Under the pieces are notes generated by a model, which saw only the letters and a program-made list of their open reading frames with translations, was not told the DNA's origin and searched no databases. The position numbers were made by a program, and so were the translations under genes. From Eledone cirrhosa (lineage: Eukaryota), in contig OZ024745.1 in assembly GCA_964016885.1 (NCBI GenBank), forward strand, positions 38,378,001-38,442,000: DNA of 64,000 nt, written 5' to 3'. Positions 54,703 to 64,000 of this stretch are shown here, in pieces. The stretch's first letter is position 1. Every line of letters starts with the position of its first letter.

Positions 54703-54944
54703 TTTTCTTTATTAACCACAAGGGTTTACATAAAGTAGACATTAAGGACAGTACAGGACAATACAGGACGGTACAAATGGGCATTTCTGCGTGTAAAAAA
54801 ACAGAGGTTGAAATAAAATAAGAAAGAAAAATTCCCCAATAGGGGGGACACTTCCGAGGGACATTTGTGGAGAAAGCCCATTAAAAGACCACAGTGACCC
54901 TGACCACCAGTGCAAGTGCCCTCTCCCAATTTTCCACCTTTAAT

Positions 54945-57900
54945 TTACAGACACATACTCAGAGAAGGCCCATTCATTCGGGCCATACTTGCTTCTCTCA
55001 GCCTTCTTTCAACAAAATGCTGGGAAGAGAGCACTTCCCTCTCTACCCAGATTTTCCTTTTCAAATGAAATTTGAAAAAGTTAATCAGGGCATCACCGAA
55101 GAGGTAAGTGCTCGTCTTCAGCCCTTTCAAACGTGTCCACCATACTATCTCTTTCGCCATGGCCACCAGACAGATAAAAACTGCCTGCCCTTCCCGGCTA
55201 AAGGAAGGGGGCGGGGCAATCCTCACGATGGACTCAGCTGACAGCTGGATCCGTCCTACACGTGACAGCAGGTGTTCGACATAAACCCACAAGTCAGCAA
55301 TGCTCGGACACTGGACGAGTGCGTGCAGGACGGTTTCGTCGCCCTGCGCGCATCTCGGACATGCCCGGCTGTCGGCACCTCCATGCCTGTAGAGTTTATC
55401 CCGAACTGGCAAAGCTCCTCGGTAGCACTGCCAGGCCAGGGATTTCTGGAAGTTGTCCATAGGCCCCGGTCCGAAAGTCCTTCCGAAGAGATTGGCTAGT
55501 TGATTTTCGTCGACGCCTAGAGTTTCTCCAAGTACGTCGTCGCTCTTCCCCTCCACTAATCCCCTATAGAACGCCAAGGTGGAGTTTCCACCGATCACAT
55601 TGCCCGATTGGTCGAGGGCTGTGAGCGCCTGAAGACATTCCAGTCTCCAAGCGCTCCCTCTCGGTCTTCGCTTGTCCCAGGACTGCAGCTCCGTCAAGGA
55701 GACGAGCTGGGGAAAAATGTGTCTAGCAAACGGCGACCACACCTGATCACCGTCGTGGAAGAGGTGGAGATGTCGTAGCCTGAGCGCGTGTCTGCGCATC
55801 ATCAGCCACGGTATGCCCAGCCCTCCACGTAGCGAGTGTTGACAGCAGATGGACCGCCTGACCATCGGAGCTCGTCCCTTCCACAAGAAGCGAAAGAGCA
55901 AACGCTCCAGCGCAGTCAGGGGGGGGGGGCTTAGGACAAGGTACGACGGTCAGGCGGTAGTAGATAACGGATGCGATGTACGCATTCGCCACCTCCGCTC
56001 GACCTTTCACGGATAGCTTCCTCTCGGCCCATTTCTGGGTGAGAGAAGCCACCCTGCTCGTCACCTCGTCCCAGTTTTTGTCCGTTTGGAGGTCTGGACC
56101 GAACCAGACCCCTAGCAATTTAACCGGTCCGTCCGTCCAGCGCCCGACGACGCTGTTGGACGGCTTGGACCTGCCTCTGCAGGCCCACTGACTTTTCCTG
56201 GTTGATCATTGCTCCTGTCACCGCTTCGTATTCTCTTAGTGTAGTGCCGATCGCCTCGATGTGTTTGGCGTTCGACACCACTACGGTGACATCGTCGGCA
56301 TATGCTGACACGGATCTTCCGCATCCTAGTTCGCGCGGGACCCCCCTCAACGTCTCCAGTTTGTGCCGTAATGGCTCGAGAGTCAATACGTACAATAGGG
56401 ACGAGAGGGGACATCCTTGGCGGACCGAGCGCATGATGTTGAACGGTTCCGAAAGGTGACCGTTCACTCTCACTACAGAGCAGATGTCGCTGTGCATGGC
56501 AGCGATCCAGCCTCTGAAGACGGGCCCAAAGCCAGCCGCCCTCAGGACTGCCGCTAGGTAACGATGGTCGACCCTATCGAAGGCTTTCGACTGATCTAAA
56601 TTGATCAAAGACCCACCCGTGCCACGATGTATCGCATGAGGTGGAGGTTGTCGTGGATGGATCAGTCGGGAATGGCGCATGTCTGTGCCTCTCCCACCAG
56701 ACCACCAACGACAAGCGCCAACCTCTTTGCTAGCACCTTGGCCAAAATCTTCAACTCTGTGTTTAGCAGAGTTATGGGCCTAAAATTATCTATGTTATCC
56801 CCCTTGTTCGGATCCTTTCTCAGCAGCGCCACCGCTCCTCGGCTCACAGAGCTGGGAATTCTCCCGTTCTATTGCCAGTTGCAGTAGACGTCCGCCAAGA
56901 GGCCTCCGAACAAATTTGGCATTTGTACGTAAAGTTCATAGGGCAGACCATCCAAACCAGGCGATTTACCCCTTGTGCAACTAGTCATTGCATCCCGTAC
57001 TTCAGCGGCTGTTATCGGCTTTTCGCAACACTCCGCCTCAGTGGCCGAAAGCCGCGGCAGTCCCTTAAGGTAGACACTAAAATCCATCCCTCGATCCGGC
57101 CAGCCACTGCCCCCGAACAGTTGAGCGAAGTGTCGCTGAAAAGCTTCACACATTTGCCCGGGATCGAATAGCATGCGCCCGTCGTGGTCCACCAAAGACC
57201 GGATCGTGGCTTTGTTGCCACGACGCGCCTCCGCCACTCGGGCCCATTGAACGGCTTTCGTCCTCTCGTGTCTGAGAGCACGCACCCTAGCTCTGACAAC
57301 GCAGCCTTCGTGCTTTGCATTGAAGAATTGGTCAAGGGCCAATTTCGCCGCAAGTACGTCGGTCGCGATGCCTTTGCTAAGCGCCTCATCTAATTTTCTA
57401 ACTAATTCTCCCTCTGCTCTATTTTTCTCTATTGCTAAAGTCTTACTAAACCTAATGGACTCTATTCTAATTGCTCTTTTCAGAGCAAACCACCACTTGT
57501 TGTTGACGATGGCCCCCGTGAACGCCGGCTTAACTAGTTCGCTAATCCGGTCTCTGTAGGCCTTGCGCGCTGGTAAGGACGCGTTTAGCTTCCAGTAGCC
57601 GGGTCCTCGTCTATGAAGCCTATCTAAGTCAAGCTCACAGATCACGAATTTGTGGTCCGTGTAGCTGACTATCTTGAATTGTGGACAGCCTATGCTAGAC
57701 CTATCTATTTCCCTACAAAATACTCTATCTAGATATGATCTTGATGACCCTATTCGATTTGTCCAAGTCCACATTGGTACATTCGGGAAATCCATTCGGT
57801 ACCTGTCAGACAGTTCAAAACGTCTGAGCAGGTTGGTGAGGCTCTTGCACCCTCCTTCCCTATCCACTAATCCCACACAATCCCAGCGTGCATCTAAGAT

Positions 57901-58332
57901 CCCGTTCCAGTCGCCCACTAACACTAAAAAGCGGGACGTTCCAAGAAAGGTCTCCAGACGCCGGAAGAAATCAGGCCGCCCTGCTCCTGTCGGGGCATAG
58001 ACGGCTACTAACCTGAAAACTTGCCCGTCTCCGCTGGTCACGTCCAGCACCACCAACTTACCTTCTGGGTCCAGGAAGATGGCCCGTATGGCAAGATCCA
58101 AACCTCTCCGAAAGAGCACAGCAACTCCTCCCCCCGATCCCGGACGGCTGGGAGATGCGTACACATCGTAGCCGCCGAAGATCGGTGCGAAAGCCTGTGC
58201 TTCGGAGATTCTGGTCTCGCTGATGGCCACTACATCTATGTTTAGTGACCTGAGGTCGTTGAGCAGGTGGCCCTGCTTCCATGACGACCCCAAGCCACGC
58301 GCATTTATGCTGCCTATTGTGAGTGAGGTCAT
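54945..58332 (-). pseudogene. Tx1 ORF2: AP endonuclease + RT + C-terminal Cys-rich domain, frameshifted
   Basis: SINARGL, ISET, GDWN, SYLDR, YTDH (APE); KSPGLDG, NFRPITLLN, DQSKAFDRV, VRQGCPLS, AYADD (RT); CPRC..ETVLHALVQC. Confidence 0.93.
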
Positions 58333-58371
58333 GTTGAAAAGGAGTGGAAAAGATGGGAAAGACCACTTACC

Positions 58372-60384
58372 TTACTTCTCGTAGGGGAAGGACGGTTTTC
58401 CATCCTTTTCACTGCTTGTGGCCTCCTCAGGAAGGATGTCCTTATAAATCCTCCTGGAGAGTGCTTGTCGGAAGTCTCCGATGTCTTTGGGGAATTTTTG
58501 TTTTAGTGTCATGTACGTTTTCTGTGTGATGCTAGTGATTTGTATGTGTGGAGGTGGTGTGAATTTTGGGGTTGTTGTGTAGTCTTTTTCTGTGATGCTG
58601 GTGTTGTGTTGGATGTAGCGTAATAATTGGTTGTTGTTCAAATTTAACGCTGTGTAGTGTGTATCGTTTTGGTTGTTTTGTTTTGTTTGCGTTTGTTGTG
58701 GGTTTGTTTCTGTTTCGCATTTTGGTGACTTTTGTGGTGTAGGTGATGGTGGTGTTGGGGTTAATGATGGTGATGGTGTTGGTGTTTGGGTTGATGGGGT
58801 TGGTGATGCTGGTGTGGATGGTGGTATATCTGTCCTAACTTTTTTGTTTCTTAGTTTATTTGTTTCCCTCTGTATTTTGTTTTTGGAGGGGGAAGGAAGA
58901 GAATTTTTTCTTTTTTGGTTTCTTTTTACTTTTCCGGATATCGTTTCCCACTCCTCGTCGTCACAATCTGACTCCAGTTGTGATAGGCCGGGGAGTGGAA
59001 AATCCTCCACAGGCGTTAGTTTTGGTTGTGGCGTGGTGGATGGTGTAGGCGCTGGTGCTAGTTCTTCGCGCGTTGGGTGGTGGTGGTGTTGGTTTTGCTG
59101 GTGGTGGTGGTGGTGGCGGTTTTGCTACTGTTGCTGGGGTTGTTGCTGTTATAGTTGCTTCTGTTTTTGCTGCTACAGTTGTTGCTGCCATCTCTGCTAC
59201 TGGTGGTGTTGATGGTTGTGTCACTGGGGTGGGTAGGAGAGTGGCCTCAACCTTTTAGCCTGAGGGCAGAAAGCCCTTAGGTGGGTTCCTTCACCACAAA
59301 CGACACACCTAGGTCTTCTGCCCTCGACAATTACCGTGAGGTGGCTGCCGTCAGTGAGGTCTATTAACTTTGGGATCTCCTCAATGCTTTTTAGGTCCGC
59401 TTGGATCAGGAGCTCCATCCCAGATCCGGACCAGTTCTCCTGCTTTTCTTTTGCTATTGCTATTATTTTTGAGTTGGCTTCGATGCCGGCGAGGACGGCC
59501 GCTATTAGCCAGGGAATTTCGATGGCCGGTGGAACGTGGGTCACCCTGATCTTTACGAGTCTCAGGCCACAATAGCTTGGGACGAGTGTGAAGTCGTCAC
59601 TTCTTAATGGGGCCATGGAGTGTTCTCTAGCCTCCTCTGGTGTTTCAAAGAACACGTCCACGGTTCCATACTTCTGCCCACGTCTGATGTGGGTTTTTCT
59701 TGCCCACACATGTCCCAAAGCTTTTTGGATTTGGGACTCGGATGCCCGTTCCACTCGGCGCGATTTTACATTTATTGTTCGATACGACACGGTGCATAGG
59801 CGCCGATTCTCCATTTTATTAGGGGGGGGTGAGGCTGATCCTGTACCCATCTTTCTTTACCATTTGTTTGGCATTTTCTAAATCCTCCTGAGTTACCTTA
59901 AATGCTTCGAACTGTTTTGCTACTCTGGCGAAACTGAGGGTCGATTTTATAATGTCATTGTTGTTGTTGTTGCTATCGTTATTTGTGTTAATATTAATTT
60001 TAGTTTCAATTGTGGTGGTGGTGACGTCAGTCGTCTTTGGTGGGGAAGAGTCCATTTTGCTTGATTTCATTTCGACATCACGAGTTAATTTATTTTTTTC
60101 TTCTTTTGTTTCTGTTGTCGCGGTGGTGGTGGGGGTGGTGGTTGTCGCGGTGGTGGTGGGGGTGGTGGTTGTCGCGGGGGTGGTGGTGGTGGAGGCTTTA
60201 ACACCTGCAGTCATTGGTAATGGCGGGAAATGAATATCTGCCTGAGACAAATTTAAAATATTGCTAGTGCTTATATTTTTTTTAGTGTTGGCAAACGTAG
60301 TAACATTTACAATGGTGGTGTCGGTGTGAGGTTTAATTTGTGAGAAAGGCTTTCAGCTACTTGGTGCAGAGGTGACTTAGCCAT
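58372..60384 (-). pseudogene. Tx1 ORF1 (gag-like, zinc knuckle), frameshifted
   Basis: Probable ATG at 60384 (MAKSP); pieces 59819-60250, 59221-59850, 58961-59224 and 58372-59010; CVVCGEGTHLRAFC. Confidence 0.85.
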
Positions 60385-60594
60385 TTTTTTCTCAAAGAAA
60401 TTTTTTGATAATAATAAAAGTTAAAATTTTGGGCACAAGGCCCCAATCTTTTTGGGTGTCCTTTTCGGAAAACAATGTATGTGTGCTTATATATGGTTAA
60501 CAATAAACATTTTCCATAAATGGAAATTTTTAACAAACGGAAATAACAAACCTTTGCGGAGCTCACGATGATACGATTTACTACGTAGGTCGCC

Positions 60595-60672
<78 letters not shown>

Positions 60673-60679
60673 AATCATA

Positions 60680-63430
60680 ATAATGATATTGAAAAGAAGT
60701 ACAGTGTAAAATAAACAAGTGACATAGACATGCTGATAGAAATAATGAAGCGAAAAGTGTCGGCCAAAGCTGCTCGTATAAGGCGCTTTGAAAAACGATC
60801 TAGATTCTATAAGGACAATAATATGTTCAAAACCAACCAAATAAACTTCTACAGAAAAATTGGTAAGTCAACAATAACTGCTAAATCAATACCACCCAAG
60901 GAGGAAGTGCAAGAATTCTGGGAAAATATCTGGGCCGAAGAAAAAATTCATAATATACATGCCCCATGGATAGACAGACAAATGAAAGATACAGCTCACC
61001 TTGAGGAACAAATATGGGAAAATATAACAGTTGAACACTTGCGTTTGGCTCTAAGAAAAACCAGCAAATGGAAATCCCCAGGAAAAGACAAAATACCAAA
61101 TTTTTGGATAAATGCCTTCACAGAGTCTCATGAGCTGTTAGCCCAACTTTACAATGAAATAGTTAAGGAGCCAGAAAAGATACCATCATGGCTAGTTAAC
61201 GGCATTACATTCCTGCTTCCGAAGAATGATGAGACAAACAATCCCAAAAATTACAGACCGATAACTTGCTTGACCACAATGTATAACATTTTAACATCAG
61301 TCCTAACTGAATATACATATGACCACCTGATAACAAATGACCTATTTCCCATTGAGCAGAAAGGGTGTAAACGAGGCTCATATGGCTGTAAGGATCAGCT
61401 TTTGGTTAACAAAATGACACTGGAAGAATGTCATAATAGACACACAAATCTATCAATTGCTTGGATAGATTATAAAAAGCATTCGATAGTTTGCCACACA
61501 GTTGGATTGAAAAATGTTTAGAGATTTTCAAAATATCTCCCGTTGTCAGGAGGTTTTTGTCATTCAGTATGAAGACATGGAAAACGACACTCCTTTTGAA
61601 TAGTGAAACAAAATCACTGGAAGCTGGAGAAGTTAATATTAATTGTTGAATTTTTCAGGGTGACTCTTTATCACCGCTTTTATTCTGCATCGCACTTATA
61701 CCATTAAGTAAAATCCTCAATGAAACAAAACATGGATATAAAGTCTATGACAAAACCATTAATCACTTGTTCTACATGGATGACCTGAAACTATTTGCAA
61801 ACAATGATGAACAATTGCTAGGGCTATTTCCACTGTGGAGCAGTTCAGTGATGACATTAAAATGGAGTTTGGACTAGATAAATGCGCCAAAGCAACGTTC
61901 ACCAGAGGAAAGCTGCTGAAGATTTCAGGCATTAACCTTGATCGGGTGAATGTTATAAGAGAACTTGATCAAGAGGAAACTTTGTGAAGGAGACGGAATC
62001 AAGCACTCGATAATGAGGGAAAGGATAAGGAAGGAATGTTACCGCAGAGTAAGAGCAATCTTAAGAACGGAATTGAATGCAAGGAATAGGATCGATGCCA
62101 TAAACACGCTTGCCATACCAGTAGTAACCTACAGTTTCAATGTCATCAAATGGTTAAGCACAGAGATCCGTAGGCTCGATACAAAATTCGAAAATTCTTA
62201 ACCATGCACAGAATGCATCACCCTAAGGCAGATACAGATAGAATATATCTCCCTAGGAAAGAAGGAGGACGTGGGTTAATCCAGTTAGACAATGCGTTGA
62301 AAACTGCAACAATTGGATTATCTACATATCTAAGGGAATCACATGATTGGATGATCAAACTCGTTTTGAAACACGAAAGCATCAAAAGATCATACTCCAT
62401 TACAAAAGATGCACAAAGATACAGTAATGGACTACACATTTCAGAAGTCCCATTTACTGCTGAAATGGAAAACACAGAAAAAGCAAAGCAGGTAAAAGTA
62501 ACTGCGAAGAAAGAACTGCTACAGAAACTGGCTAAGAAATGGCAAGAAAAGCCTATGTATGGAACATTCCCAGGATGTTGACAAAACTTTAACCCATCAG
62601 TGGTTAGCATCCTCTGGACTGAAATCGGAGACTGAAGGACTGATTATATCAGCACAAGATCAGTGTCTGCCAACAAAAAATTACCAAGGCAACATAATAA
62701 AAAATGGATGCAGCCCTGTATGCCGTGTATGTAAAAAACAACCAGAGACCATTGACCATATAATTTCAATGTGCAGTCCTATAGCTCCAACCGAATACCT
62801 AAACAGGAATGACAGAGCTGCACAATACATACATTGCATAATGTGTAAGCATTTTGACCTGCCCCTTCAAAAGAATTGGTGGGAGTATCAACCACCTCCC
62901 ATACTTGAAAAAGATCACATCGCAATCTTGTGGAACTTTAGCATCCAGACCGAAAAATAGATGCAATTAGACCTGATATAATATTGAAGAACTTTAAAAA
63001 GAGGGTATGCCTGCTAATTGATATGTCCGTTCCAATAGACAAGAATGTATCTATAAAAACATTTGAAAAATTGAGCAAGTATAAGGACCAGGAGATAGAA
63101 ATTGGAAAAATGTGGAAATTGAGAACTAAAACAATACCAGTGGTTGTAGGCGCTCTTGGAATGATACCTAAGGGTTCTAATGATTACTTATCGCAAATCC
63201 CAGGAAACCCGCGTATATGAGAAATACAAAAGATAGTACTAATGGGAACTGCCCATATACTAAGGAAGATTCTGTCAATATAAGTACATCACACGTCTAA
63301 ACACCTAAAGATGCATGTGTGAGTATGTATGTTCTTTCTTGAAAATGGCGTACCTTGTTGTCTCTTGAGGTCACTGGTTGTGACTTGGTGATAACTCGTA
63401 TGAACATAAAGCAAGATAAATGCAGCTGTA
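60680..63430 (+). mobile_element. 5'-truncated R4/Dong-clade RLE LINE flanked by (AAT)n
   Basis: WKSPGKD, NYRPITCL, EQKGC, IFQGDSLSPL, FYMDDLKLF (61773), RKEGGRGL, CRVC..HIISMC, RPDI..IDMSVP..EKLSKY..PVVVGALG. Confidence 0.92.
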
Positions 63431-63454
63431 ATAATAATAATAATAATACTGAAT

Positions 63455-63525
63455 ATAATAATTGTTTCTACTTTTGGCACAAGGCCAGCAATTACCCCAG
63501 TGTATTACTGGTACTTTATTTTATA
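63455..63525 (-). mobile_element. SINE 3' fragment in (AAT)n
   Basis: ttgtttctacttttggcacaaggccagc...ctggtactttatttt. Confidence 0.85.
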
Positions 63526-63895
63526 ATAATAATAATAATAATGATGATAATAATAATATATTTGATATTGTGTAAGTTCTTTCGAATATGTAAAGACCAT
63601 ACACATTTTGGGTGCGTTCAGTTCATGTTAAAACCTCAAGTGCATGCTGAGAAGATAAAGAACAAATAAGTAAGTTCTGTTTGAAATTCCTGAAGTTGAC
63701 ATAATGTTGGAAATATTGTTGGAAATCTGATAATATTATTTCAGAAATCCAGAAGTAGCACTATAAGATGCGACAGAACAATAGATGTGGCAGCAAAGAT
63801 ATGGTCACATGATGGTGTTATATTTTATATTGAATGTAATATCTTACAATATATATACACACAAACGAACGCGCATACTCACACAGACGATATAT

Positions 63896-63951
<56 letters not shown>

Positions 63952-63969
63952 ATATATTTATATATACAT

Positions 63970-64000
<31 letters not shown>

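Larger units (their letters stand above)
54701..60594 (-). mobile_element. Near full-length Tx1/L1-clade LINE inserted in (TAA)n
   Basis: 5'UTR, ORF1, ORF2 (APE-RT-Cys-rich), 3'UTR ending AATAAAgaaaacattattatt; (AAT)n on both sides. Confidence 0.93.

Noticed and set aside
60428-60444. ggcacaaggcc match between the Tx1 5'UTR and the SINE tail
   Set aside because: Only ~12 nt and in non-equivalent positions; may be chance.

Overview
AT-rich, microsatellite-dense eukaryotic genomic DNA. The tRNA-type SINE and LINE/Penelope repertoire resemble an octopod cephalopod genome (inference from memory, not database-checked). Almost all long ORFs come from transposons or from microsatellite read-through. 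Main content: (1) a young Naiad-type Penelope-like element (RT + GIY-YIG, 765-4855) with tandem pseudo-LTRs, each carrying a hammerhead ribozyme (HHR); (2) several more HHR-like motifs of different families beside (TA)n tracts, some inside near-perfect palindromes; (3) a ~15 kb retroelement stack on (TAA)n (48.5-63.5 kb): a SINE array, an ORF1-only 'half-LINE', two R4/Dong-type RLE LINEs and a near full-length Tx1/L1-type LINE, with orientation fixed by family; (4) a decayed Chapaev3/CMC-like transposase and RTE, CR1, Dong and PLE fossils; (5) two candidate minus-strand terminal exons of a host gene. All structures were read by eye and family names need confirmation by database search.
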